Assembly: GCF_011745625.1 (NCBI RefSeq)
Contig: NW_027191456.1
Span: forward strand, 992,001 to 1,056,000
Reading direction: 5' to 3'
Source: Cladosporium halotolerans
Lineage: Eukaryota
Length of the DNA: 64,000 nt
Shown piece by piece: positions 34,324-46,127 of this stretch. The translations under genes were made by a program, and so were the position numbers. The notes below the pieces were generated by a model. The model was not told the origin of the DNA. It did no database searches and worked only from the letters and a program-made list of their open reading frames with translations. Every line of letters starts with the position of its first letter. Within the stretch, counting starts at the first letter, position 1.

Positions 34324-35958
34324 ATGATGTCAAGAAGAACGATCTCAAGCGCATCGGCGCTTTACGCAATCTTCGTCACTTTGCCAGTAGTCTCTTGTCA
34401 CATACAAATGACATGGCCCTATCCCTTGCGCTCCAAGTTGAACCCATCAACGCCCGAAAACCTCATCGACTACAGCATAACCACGCCACTCAGTATGAGT
34501 GGATCAAATTACCCATGCAAAGGCTACCAACATGATCCCAACCAGATGCCCACCGCTATATATGCCGCTGGTTCAACGTACAATATCACGCTGGGCGGCT
34601 CGGCGACCCACGGTGGTGGATCCTGTCAGATATCACTATCATACGATCACGGAGAAACATTCCGCGTCATCAAGAGTGTGATTGGCGGGTGTCTGGAGAA
34701 ATCGACATACGACTTCACAATACCTTTATATGCGCCTAGTGGTGAGGCGCTTCTGGCGTGGAGCTGGCAGAACAAAATCGGAAACCGAGAGTTCTACATG
34801 CAGTGCGCCGTTACCCAAGTAATATCCAGTTACGCAAGCCGACAAAGAAGGCAGACAACATCATTCGACAGTATCGATAGTTTGCCTGGCATCTGGAAAG
34901 CGAACCTCCAGAGCATCAACACCTGCGTGACTATTGAGGGAGAGGACGTCGTGTACCCAAGCCCAGGGCCGGACGTGGAGTACGGCGACGGTATGAATAG
35001 TTCTAGCACGCCATCACCGGGGGACTGCGACACAGTCACGATTAGAACCATCAGCACAAGCCCTTCTTCAACGGATCCCTACACGAGCTACAACACCGCC
35101 GATGATACTTCCGCTGGAGTAATGCCCGCACCATTTCCTGACGAAACAGAGTCGTCGTCCGTCGTGGCAGATGAGTATCCACCAAGTACATCTTCTCCAC
35201 CGGCCTTGGGGCGCTTTGCAGCAATGGAGATGGACTTGATGCCGTCGACAACCACTGTGTTCATAGACTGCCCAGAAACGATCACTATGACAATCTACCC
35301 CAGCGAAACTACGAAGCAACCTGTCTATACCACCTCTGTGCCACCTTCTGCCTGCACAGGGACATCAGCCGCATGCCCATGCGCCCCAGGCTACGACTGC
35401 CGTGTTATCGGTACTTGCACTTGGGCCTGCATCGGACAAGGGCAGACCAGTCCCCGAACCGGCTTTCACACTATCTCAACCGCCTCCCCGACGAGAACGA
35501 CAGTCGTCACGACTTACACCGTCATCCCGGAGCCCCCAGCCAATGGCCGCCCACCCTACGCCAACGCCGCCAACATCCAATCGTACCTCCCCTGCGTGCC
35601 AGGAAGCTTCATCTGCACCTCTGCGACAGAGTGGTATACATGCGACTACAACTCTGCCGGCGCCTGGATCTATACAGCGCCGCGCCGCGTCGCGGACGGT
35701 ATGGAGTGTCTCCCACAGCTGGTAGCGTATTCGTCTTCGACCTGGCAGTACGCCCAGCAGAATCATGCTCCGCAGGGCATGCACCGCGACGATAGATACG
35801 TGCGTGCGAGGCCTGACGGAGACTGCGATACGGACGGCTCGATTCTATGTATGAGCGGGGGGAGTGAGTTTGCGGTCTGTGATCATGGGGGTTGGGTGAG
35901 GATGGGCGCTGTGGCTGCGGGAACCGCTTGTAGAGGCGGAGTAATTGTTTCTGCGTAA
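34324..35958 (+). CDS. Secreted lytic polysaccharide monooxygenase, AA11 family, with Ser/Thr linker and Cys-rich C-terminal modules
   Basis: Signal peptide ending VVSC is followed by His1 (HIQMTWP); [40 protein letters not shown]. Confidence 0.88.
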   Translation: MMSRRTISSASALYAIFVTLPVVSCHIQMTWPYPLRSKLNPSTPENLIDYSITTPLSMSGSNYPCKGYQHDPNQMPTAIYAAGSTYNITLGGSATHGGGSCQISLSYDHGETFRVIKSVIGGCLEKSTYDFTIPLYAPSGEALLAWSWQNKIGNREFYMQCAVTQVISSYASRQRRQTTSFDSIDSLPGIWKANLQSINTCVTIEGEDVVYPSPGPDVEYGDGMNSSSTPSPGDCDTVTIRTISTSPSSTDPYTSYNTADDTSAGVMPAPFPDETESSSVVADEYPPSTSSPPALGRFAAMEMDLMPSTTTVFIDCPETITMTIYPSETTKQPVYTTSVPPSACTGTSAACPCAPGYDCRVIGTCTWACIGQGQTSPRTGFHTISTASPTRTTVVTTYTVIPEPPANGRPPYANAANIQSYLPCVPGSFICTSATEWYTCDYNSAGAWIYTAPRRVADGMECLPQLVAYSSSTWQYAQQNHAPQGMHRDDRYVRARPDGDCDTDGSILCMSGGSEFAVCDHGGWVRMGAVAAGTACRGGVIVSA

Positions 35959-36239
35959 TGACAGGGTCGGGAACATGTTGTTGAGTCTTTCTGGTGTTGC
36001 ACTTCTATGTGGGGGCGAGGTGCAATTTGGCAATTGTGAGCTTAAATGGCCAAAACAAGGAAATCGAATTCTTCTCCAAAAAATCTCTCGATTCTCTATC
36101 CATTACTCGCTATGATACTATAGACGTTTGGGGCCATTTTGCATTTGTGAACGTTCTATTGCTAGAAACTTAAGGCAGCGTAGACCTCGGCAAGAACAGT
36201 GATGATAGTCTATTGGCTCATGCTCGATTCTTTGCGCAT

Positions 36240-37304
36240 CTAAAGCTTAGCCTTGTTGATCCTCTCGCCAATCTCATTGAACTCGATCTTGGTGCCTGTC
36301 CGCAGAGCCTCTTGCAAAGCCGCGCCAATCTTGACAGCAGACACAGCACCGCTAAGCTTGAAAGGCAGCTTCTTGTCGTCCAGCACGCACTCAGTGAACT
36401 CGTTGCTCTCGGTAACGAAAGCAGGCCCAAAGCGGTCGTAGTACGTTTGGGCAATCTCACGCCTAATGCCGTTAGGCTCGTGGTGCTCGACCAGATCGTT
36501 GGCCGCGTTCTGGTTGACGGTGAGCTTGCCGTGCGTGCCGATGATCTCGGTCACGTCATGTTGGCCGGCGGCCATCATGCGAGAGGCGAAGAAGTAAGCT
36601 ACGCGCCCGCCCCAGAATTCGACGACTCCAACGCCGTTATCGACGTCCTGGTGTTGAGCCAGGCCTGGGTAGCGTGCGTTGACGCCGACGGCGCTGATGC
36701 TCTTGACGATGCTATCAGCGCCAAAGAACCAGAGTGCAAGATCAATGTCATGCACAGTAGCATCGACAAATACGCCGCCCGAGTGCGCCGCATAGTGTAC
36801 GAAGTAGTCGTCGTCACGGAATTTGTCGCAGGTTTGCGAGCGCAGGATAGTCGGACGGCCGATGCCACCGTTGTCCGAACGCTCGAAAGCGGCACGGTAG
36901 CTGGCGTCGAAGCGGCGAGAGAAACCACAGAGGACCTTAAGGTGTGGTTTCTTATTGGCGGCCTCGACGACAGCTTCGCAAGTGGCAATGTCGGTGCTCA
37001 GGGGTTTCTCGCATAGCACGTGCTTGTCTGCCTCAATGGCACGGATGGTTTGAGGGGCATGCTGAGTGGTGATGCCTGCGACGCATACTGCCTCGAGGCC
37101 GGGGTGCTTCAGCATCTCGTCGAAGTCTTCGTAGATCTTGGTGCCATATGGAGCCAGGTTGGCTTGGGCCCAGGCACGAGCATTGGGGTCCGGGTCGCAG
37201 ACAGCAACCAGCTCAGCACGAGGAGTCTTCTCCAAGAAGTGGCGAGCGTGACGGGCGCCCATTCGGCCGAGGCCAGAGACAGCGACTTGGAGCTTGCGAA
37301 CCAT
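36240..37304 (-). CDS. Gfo/Idh/MocA NAD-dependent oxidoreductase, inositol 2-dehydrogenase-like
   Basis: GLGRMG, HVLCEKPL, GFSRRFDASY, SGGVFVDATVHDID; C-terminus AKL. Confidence 0.88.
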   Translation of the reverse strand: MVRKLQVAVSGLGRMGARHARHFLEKTPRAELVAVCDPDPNARAWAQANLAPYGTKIYEDFDEMLKHPGLEAVCVAGITTQHAPQTIRAIEADKHVLCEKPLSTDIATCEAVVEAANKKPHLKVLCGFSRRFDASYRAAFERSDNGGIGRPTILRSQTCDKFRDDDYFVHYAAHSGGVFVDATVHDIDLALWFFGADSIVKSISAVGVNARYPGLAQHQDVDNGVGVVEFWGGRVAYFFASRMMAAGQHDVTEIIGTHGKLTVNQNAANDLVEHHEPNGIRREIAQTYYDRFGPAFVTESNEFTECVLDDKKLPFKLSGAVSAVKIGAALQEALRTGTKIEFNEIGERINKAKL

Positions 37305-38301
37305 GCTTGTTTTGTCTGGGGTCTGGAGAAGGGGACGAGTGGGAAGTATGCAGTGGTCAATGAGACGCTCGAAGAAGAGATACGACGAAAGAAGACGATC
37401 AACGCGAAACAGCGGTGTCTGCAATTAGGCGAGCTGTAGGTTTGGATGCAGGTAAGGTAATGGGGTTTGCAATGAGACAGATGAGAAGGGCGAACGACTG
37501 GCCTTTTTCTATTTTGCTATCTCACCTGCCTTCCAAGGAGGCAGTCGGACAATGGTCAAGATGTTGAACAGCGTAAGGCACGAGGATGGATCCCTACCGT
37601 GTCTCTCGTTCTCTACGCTCCCCCACAGCACGTTCAAGACAGGCAGAGACCATGTCGATCTTAGGGTTTGCGGAGAGACTGGGGAAATCGAAGGCAATTG
37701 TCGCCGCACCTGCCGTTTGCAAGATCTCTGATCACCAATCAGGGCCTACAAACCTCGGGATTCGATTTCCGCGTTGGAGGACTTTTTGTTTTCCCGCCTG
37801 CTGGGTGTGTTGGAAACTTCACAAGATCATGTAACAAGATCATTTGGTGGTGCAAAACTGTTACGGAACAGCATGCTTGCTGAGCTGGAGTCCATTTCGG
37901 ATATCCAGTCAAATAACCTGACAAGCAGCGCCTGCTCATCCATGTCATCCGCCTTTCTATTTCCTTTCGTCAACCGTCTCCTAAAGCATGCCATCTTGAT
38001 TATGAACGCAATAAAATGTCTCACTTGCATGCTTTGAGATCATAGTTGCTTGTATAAGCTATAAATCTGCCTGAGACTCAAAGCAACATGTTACGTGATG
38101 ATGTCGCAGAGCATTGGGGTCCCACAATCTTGGGAGGTCAATGTATGTTCACGTGTTCGCGTCCTATCAACAGGACGCAACACCTTAGATGCTAGATGCA
38201 AAGCGGAAGGTGCGTGTGCAACACTAGTCGTTAACGGCATGGAATATTTAGTATGTATCATCAAGGTGCTCACGCCCCGAAAGCCAATTATCTAAAGTAC
38301 T

Positions 38302-39562
38302 TTACAACTTCGGCGAGCTTGCATCACCCAGACTATCAATCACAACCTTCAGAACCAAGTTCCCGTCGGCGTCTTTCGTCTTACCCGCCATTTCGAATGC
38401 TTTGACAGCCTCATCCAAGCCCTTGAACCGATGGGTCACTAGCTTGCTGAAAGCAGGGCTGTCGGGATTCTTGAGACTCGCCTGGACGATCTCAATGCTC
38501 TCAGCGTATGTGTTCGCGTACCTGAAGACGCCGACGATGTCGACTTCTCGCAGAGCTGCAGCGCCGAGGGGGATAGTCTGGATTGGGTGGCCCATACCCA
38601 CAAGCATGATGCGGCCACCAGGTTTCGTTGACTGTTCGCCAGATTAGCCTTATCAGACCTGCTGCCGCAATGGAATCAACTTACGAAGATGCCAGCTTGA
38701 ACGCAAGAAGGTACGCCAGTACACTCGAACACAACATCGACTTCACCGACGTTCTCCACCTTCCCAATTGCCGCAGCAGTCTCCTTGGCAATTGCAAGGT
38801 TCTCGTCCATATCCTTGCCTCGCTTCATTGGTACAAGATAGCTCGCATGAGCAAAGCCATTCTGAACAGCAAAATCCAGACGTCCTTGATCAATGTCGGC
38901 AATGATGACCTTACCAGCACCCTTGACCTTGGCCACAGCTGCACATAGCAAGCCTACAGCACCAGCGCCGTAGACGACCACGGTAGCGTTCTTTGGCATC
39001 AAGCTACGCCTGAAGGCGTGCAGAGCAACACCAAGCGGCTCAAGCAGTGCACCAACGTCCAGGCCCACCTCGTCGGGCAGCTTGTAGCACCATTTGGCTG
39101 GGTGATTAATTCGCTCTTGTAGCGTGCCCTGGAAGTGGGGGAAGCTCTTGCCACTACTTCTGAACTTCAACTCTTTGCAAATGTTGTACCGACCCTCATT
39201 ACAACGAGCACATGACCCGCACGGCAGCCCAACCTCAAGGGCAACTTTGTCACCGGCTTTGAAGCCAGACACGTTAGAGCCGACTGCGGCCACCACGCCA
39301 GCAGACTCGTGACCAAGAGATAGAGGCTCGCGGACAAGGATATCGCCGTTGCGGTGGTGTGTGTAATAGTGCAGGTCGCTGCCGCAGAGACCTGTGGAGG
39401 CGATGCGGATCTGGAGCTCGTCTGATTCGGGGGCTGAGAGCGGACGTGTTTCCTGGGGAGAATGTCAGGCAACTATTGAGAGACTTAAGACAAACAAGCT
39501 GTGCTTACTGTGCGAAGATCTTTCGCTCCGTGGAGAACAGAGGCTTGAACTTGTGTAGACAT
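38302..39562 (-). CDS. Zn-dependent polyol/sugar-acid dehydrogenase (sorbitol DH / L-idonate 5-DH-like); introns 39453-39508 and 38632-38684
   Basis: LHGAKDLR, GLCGSDLHYY, LGHESAG, structural Zn site CGSCARC..C, GAGAVG, ECTG, GVFRYAN; C-terminus PKL. Confidence 0.9.
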
Positions 39563-39942
39563 GATGCGTGTCGTCGTACTTCGGCGTTTGTGAGTGTGGC
39601 CAGACTCTCAGCTGAGAGAGGGCTTGGCGAAGACGTATGCCTTTTAAGATATGTGAGTGAAGAGAAAATGCTCAATGCAATATGAGAAGTTGAAGACTGC
39701 AAAGAAAAGCATGAGGGGTGAGTCGAGTATTAGGTCGTGAGCCCAAGAAAACAGTCGCATGATTGAGTCGCCGATTCCCGCGCGTCGGCGTTTGAAAGTG
39801 GGAGAATCGTCACCACGCCCCTCCAAACATCTTGCCAACAAACACTACATTTTCTCCGTCGAACCCACCGCTCTATAGCCTTCTCTTCACGCCTCACACT
39901 GATCTTCTCTGAACACTCTGTTACCTCAAATCGCTACATTTT

Positions 39943-40851
39943 ATGGCCAGTGAGCGGGCAGAGCAAGTCAACCAGCATCTCACGACCCAATCTGGCACTA
40001 TGTCTTCATCTATTCAGCAGCTCTTTAGCTTGGAGGGCAAGACGGCACTGGTGACCGGCGGCACGAGAGGGATTGGCCAAGCTATGGCAATAGCAATGGC
40101 AGAGTCTGGGGCCGATGTTATGCTTGTTCAGGTACACATTCAGCCACCATCACCTTTTCATCAACGCTGAAGCTAACCGCCATCCTCTATCCAGCGCGAC
40201 GAGTCCAACCAGTCCACCAAGCAAGCAATTGAGGCCCTCGGCCGTAAAGCCACCATATACACCGCCGACCTCGCATCGCAATCATCCGTGGCCGCTCTCG
40301 TACCTCAGATTCTGAAAGATGGCCAAAAGATCGATGTTCTGCTCAACTGCGGCGGAATCCAGCGCCGCCATCCCTCGCACCAATTCCCGGATAATGACTG
40401 GAATGAGGTTTTGCAAGTCAACCTCAGCACGGTATTTACGCTCTGCCGCGAGGTTGGGGCACATATGCTCTCTCGCGAGCCCGACGCCCATGGCCGCCGT
40501 GGCTCAATCATCAACGTTGCGTCTCTGCTGAGCTTCCAGGGCGGCTTGACCGTTCCGGCATACGCGGCGAGCAAGGGCGGTGTTGCGCAACTGACCAAGG
40601 CGCTTAGCAACGAGTGGGCAGCCAAGGGCATTTGTGTCAATGCCATTGCGCCTGGCTACATCGCGACGGAAATGAATACGGCGCTGATCAACGACGAGAA
40701 GCGTGCGGAAAGCATCTTGTCTCGTATTCCGGCGGGTAGGTGGGGCAGTCCGGACGACTTCAAGGGCAGCGTGGTATACCTCGCCAGTAGGGCAAGCGGA
40801 TATGTCAGCGGTGAGGTGCTCACTGTTGACGGCGGATGGATGGGCAGGTAG
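39943..40851 (+). CDS. Short-chain dehydrogenase, KduD / 5-keto-gluconate reductase-like; intron 40132-40194
   Basis: [73 protein letters not shown]. Confidence 0.9.
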
Positions 40852-41385
40852 ATAGCTCATCTGATACCTCCTTTGTTCAATGTTAGATGCCACAATGGTA
40901 CTTTGGAGCCATGTAAATTTGCCAAAGCATCGTGATGACTCCTCATAAGTTTTCGCCTCAATGCATGGGACATCGCACACTCCCCTGTCTCTTCCAGATA
41001 GCCTTCACCTCAACCAATCAATCCCTACGTGTCAAGAGTGACACAAGGTTCGCATCTTGCTTCCAGAAGCATGGCACGTGCGCTTGAGAGGTTAGGGCTC
41101 GCCCTCCTCGGCCCAATACTGACGCAAACCCTAGACTCCACGACCCCAAGAGCGGGGAAACTCACGAGCCGTAGCTCCATGAGGCGCTCCGAGCCCGTCG
41201 GCCAAAAGTACCGCATGCGTGAGAGCCTGGAGTAGCCGGCTGGCATTGGCCTGCTCAGAGCCCGCGTGCGACCTGCCAAAGACCGACGAGCGGGCATACA
41301 TTTCCGATGACCTAGCACGTTTGGCCCACCCTCGCAAGCCATTGCTCTTTCGCACTCGGTATCGCCTGCTTTAGCGAGAGACGTG

Positions 41386-43689
41386 ATGGCAGCTGTTTCT
41401 GAGGCCGGCGCCGCCGCTCCGAGAACCAGGACGGGCTGGTAAGAACGTTTTTCCGGCGCTAATGGATCATTGTTTCTCCTTTGGGTGCTGACTGCCTGTA
41501 TAGCCAGAACTGTAGATTGAGGCATCTCAAGTGTAAGTAAACCAATGTTTCCGTGGTGATGATCCCGGAATGAGTGGGTTGCTGATGACATGCCTCCATA
41601 GGTGACGACCGTAAGCCGGGATGCACGAGATGCCACAAGGCTGGTATTGAATGCGTACGGGGTTACAATATCCGGTTTAAGCATGGCAGCAACCCTAGGT
41701 GAGCCGATGCGATTGGTATCCTAACTATACATTGCTGATTCGAGCTAGTGTTGCCAATCTGAAAGGTTCAGGCCTAGCTAAAACGGAGTACGATTTCAGC
41801 GAAAGCCAGCCATGGGTTCGGACAGACAGGAATCTTACGTTCCTGGACGAAACTCCGGAGCTCAACAGCTTATATGACCGAGACTTCATCGATGTCATCG
41901 CCTACGGGCCTGAGAAAGCTCCAAGGCGACCATCGCCATCATCACAGTCACAAGCCCGACGTACTCCGGTGACGGCGCACGGAAGACCATCTGGGGAGGG
42001 CTCGTCAAAGCTTTCCCCTTCAAATCAGATCGTGCCTCTCGCCGCAACACCGTCCGGTTCTGCGCCAACAGAGTCTCCACGCAACTTCTTCAGCGCAGAC
42101 GATGGCAGATTTCATGAAATTGCGGCGCCAGAGAAACGACGGCGGCTCACCACGACTGGATATGTCTCCTATACCGAGTCGTTCCCTGGATCCATGTCAA
42201 GTGGTAGCCCCAACGCCGTCCAACACTCGTGAGTACATTATCCTTACGCGCTGTTCTGTCTTCGAATGAAGCACACGTCCGAGTAAGGCCGCTCTGACAT
42301 TAGTAACCAGGCCTCCGAATTTCTGGGACAGCTCTTCACACTCGGGATGGACTCCCTCAGGTATCGATTCGAATCTCGACATTGGGCCACAGAACGCAGC
42401 ATCGGATCCCTCATTTGCAGGGCTTCAGGCTTCTTTGTCGAACAATCCAGGGGCCGCTTTCGCCGCAGTATCAGACTCCTTCTCAAGGATCTATCTGGAG
42501 ACACCAGTCTGGCCGTTGAAAGATAAGGAAGAAGCGAGGCTTTTACGCTACTTCGTCGAGCATTTGGCCAGGAGTTTTGACCTTACAGATCCCCTTCAGC
42601 ACTTCCGACGAGTGGTGCCTCAGCGCGCTGCCATATGTCCTCCGTTATTGAACGCCATTTTTGCGTTGTCTGCGAGACACCTGAGTCGTATCGGCGAGTA
42701 TGACCATCTGATCTCGAACAAGTATATCCAGGAGTGTCTGCAACACCTCATACCGATGCTTGACGACAGCTCCGCTCTCCAAGATGAAAACCTCCTCGCG
42801 TCGACTATCATACTACGTCATGTCGAGGAAATCGAAGTCCCTCTGTCAGGCCAACAGCCCGCAGACCAAGAGAGCCACCTCTTCGGCGCCCATGCCTTCA
42901 TCACGGCCCAAGAACGCGCCACAATCACAGGCGGCCTACGCCAAGCAGCGTTCTGGGTGGGCCTTCGGCAAGAGATTTACGTCGCTTTCGTCAATCAGCG
43001 CTCCATAATTCCAGCGCTGGAACACTGCAATATCGACCGATCCTTCGAGGCGGCCACAGACGACATCTGGGCCTGCCGCATGGTCGTCCTCGCTGCCGAC
43101 ATCATCCGCTACTGCTTTGGTGAACACGATCATCCACAGTCAACCTACACTTTCCTGGCCGACTGCGCGGCGCAGTGGTTCAATAGCAAGCCGGCATCTT
43201 TCCTGCCCGTGTACGAGCAGCCGCCAGGCGAGCATAACGTCTTCCCTGAGTTGCTTTATGTCGCAGACGACGTCGTGACGGGCCTGCAGCACTACTATCT
43301 CGCGAAAATTCTCCTAGTCGCGCACAATCCGCGCATCCCCAGGTTGGGCCCGCAGCGTGCCACGGCGTTGAAGGCTGCGGACGCAGAGATTCTACATTAT
43401 GTTCGCATTCTGTGCGGAATTTGCATGAGTAACCCCAGCTCGCCGCCGAATTTCAAGTGAGTGGCCCTCTTCATGGCTAGTCGCTGACAGCTCACTGACG
43501 TATATCCTCAGCTACGCCGCCATGGCGATCGTGATTGCGGGCGACAAGTTCACGCAGCGCAGAGAGCAAGAGGCTGTGCTCAATATTCTGGTCACTTGCG
43601 ATCGCAAGCATGCTTGGATGACAGGGACGGTGCAAGAAAACCTCAAGACGAGCTGGGGCTGGCAAGGCTTGGAAACCACACGGCTGTGA
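41386..43689 (+). CDS. Zn(II)2Cys6 transcription factor with C-terminal fungal-specific domain; about 6 introns
   Basis: Splicing three small 5' exons gives RTRTGCQNCRLRHLKCDDRKPGCTRCHKAGIEC, all six cysteines. C-terminal domain EEARLLRYF..FDLTD..LLNAIFALSARHL..AAFWVGLRQEI; stop TGA at 43687-43689. Confidence 0.88.
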
Positions 43690-44889
43690 GGGTCATGTGG
43701 TCGGTATGATTGGTGCAAGTTCTCATGTGTAGAAGCTTTGATATTGGATATCGCTCGCGTGGCTTGCGTGCTTCTGTGATGAGAGCGACACAATGTGTCG
43801 CGTGTTGGACGCACCTAAGCGGGTTCCGACGAGTGAGGTGGGACCTGGCGTGATTAAGCTTAATAATTGTATCTTGACTGCACATGAGATCTGCCTCAAA
43901 CCAAAAGTCGGCTTCCATACTCAAATGGTCAGTCGTCCAGTGCGATGAGCAGTATTAAAATCGCTTCACATCTCATTCATGTCCTCCGAGTACCGCAATT
44001 AAGTACTGGTCCATTGAGATCGCTGATGCAGAGCGTCACAGGCTGTTTCTCGAGCGGCCTACGCTTGACTCGGTCGAAGTGACTTGGGCGGACGCTTTCC
44101 CCGAGTACGCGAGGCTATTTTGACCGTGCCGTTCTGACTAGTAAACTCGCACGGCAATAATGAAGACGGAGCCAGTCAAGGCAACCTGGAGATAACCCCG
44201 CCACACCGACAACGCCACGAAGGACTGGCGATGAAACAAGTGTGAGCGATGTGCCAAAGGTTATGACGGTGATCTTCTCTGGGGTCTAGGCATATCTGCC
44301 AAAATCAAGAGGCCAGATAGCACGCCGATGGTCAGGTGGTCGTGGGAAGTGACCAGCAGTGGCGTTAAGTCAACTCAGCCACATCGTCTTCAGAGTCCAG
44401 CCCTGTTGATCATCCCCAGCGCCCACTCACAGACCTTCCCCGGCCTCACGATGCGTAAGCCAAAGTGGCGCAAACAGCAACTGACAGGCGACTGCACAAA
44501 CATGCCAGCGACGCACTCGGCATCCGGCACAACTGGTCAAGCCAAGCGGGCCAGAATAGCAGGACGCGTACAAACAGCGAATAACAGTCGCCACTCACCG
44601 CCAGCCCTGCGACACGCCGTTGCCCAGCGCTTGGATGCGGCCGGGTCCCGCGGCGCAAGGCTGATGCGAGGGGTCTGAGCTTCGGTGGTCTGTCGCGTCC
44701 CCAAGCACAGTTCAAGTTTGCGGTGGTGAGTGACGTATGACGGCGCGCTTGCCAGCCCCGTGCTCAAGAGCTTCTTATAATTGCCCGCCCGATCTCTCTC
44801 TCGCACCTGCTACTCCTCTCAATTCACACCATCATCGTACCATCTCCTCAGTACATCTTCACAGAACAGAAAAAAAACAAACCGCCAAA

Positions 44890-45228
44890 ATGCCTTTCAC
44901 CGGATCGTATGTCTACCTCATTCGCCGCCAACGATTCGCACTTCGTTTCGGAAGCCGCCGGCAACACCCATTCCGACAACAACAAATGCTAACACCTTGC
45001 GCAGCGACATTATCAAGATCATTTGCGCCGTCGTGCTCCCGCCTCTTGGTGTCTTCCTTGAGCGTGGCTGCGGCGCCGACCTCCTCATCAACCTGCTCCT
45101 GACCATCCTTGGTTGTAAGTTCACCTCGACACGCGTTCGACCGGTGCTCCAGTAAGCACTGCTGACACTCCCTCCCACCAGACATCCCTGGCATCATTCA
45201 CGCCCTGTACATCATCCTGAAGTACTAG
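44890..45228 (+). CDS. PMP3: Plasma-membrane proteolipid Pmp3 (UPF0057); 2 introns
   Basis: Spliced: MPFTGS|DIIKIICAVVLPPLGVFLERGCGADLLINLLLTILG|YIPGIIHALYIILKY*. Confidence 0.93.
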
Positions 45229-46127
45229 ACTTGATCACCCGCGGTCTGCACCGACCCTACGAGAACACTGAACACGATACCCCAAACAAACACGAGAGCA
45301 CGCTTGATGCTTTGAGCTTTTCGCCGCCGCGACATGGAATTACGAGTTGGAGAGTCGAGTTGGTAGACGGAGGTGTTTTGTCCAACTCTTCTTCCTGTGC
45401 ACTTGGTTTTCGAGCGCAAAGGGAGCGTCAATGTATCTTTGACGTGGCTCAGCTTTGATAGCGAGCTTTAGGTTTCTAATTGAATGCGTAGTAATGTCTT
45501 TGTACTACAATCTATCCTAAACAACGGTTCCGTTGCTCCTTCCAATCAAGTTGTTCTTGTTAAGCCTAAATGATTTGTGCATTTTGCCATGTTCCACCGC
45601 AGATGCCTGGTCCATAATGGTAGCGGAAGCGTCACCTGTCTCCGTAGAGGACATGGGAAGATGTTGCGATCTGGGGAAAGGTATGACAAGACCCGCGCGG
45701 TTGTGCCGCAACAGCAGTACTTGTATAGACTCCCAGAGCCGCCAGGTCCATGTTGTCTCGAAAACCCGCGGCGCCGAGAGATTAGGAACGAAGGATGTTA
45801 GAGTCCCAAAGGTACAATCCTCCATCCTTGGGCAATCATGAAGAGCGGAATCCGCCCGCACCGCGGTACAATACTGAATGACGGACGTACATCGCTGTCT
45901 TTGCCCCGGAAAGCAATGTTGCAGTACTTCAAAGCGTCTTCTCTGCAATGATGGAAAATTAAATGGCCATTTTTCAACTGCGACCATCGAAGTGAACGGC
46001 AAAGTAGGTCTGGTCTGTGGCAATTGTGGCGTCCTGAAAGCTTCAGACGTAGCTACAATGACCACAATCCGCCTCTGATGATCCATAGAAGTAACCAAAC
46101 CCGTTACCACCCTCGCCAACCGCAAAA

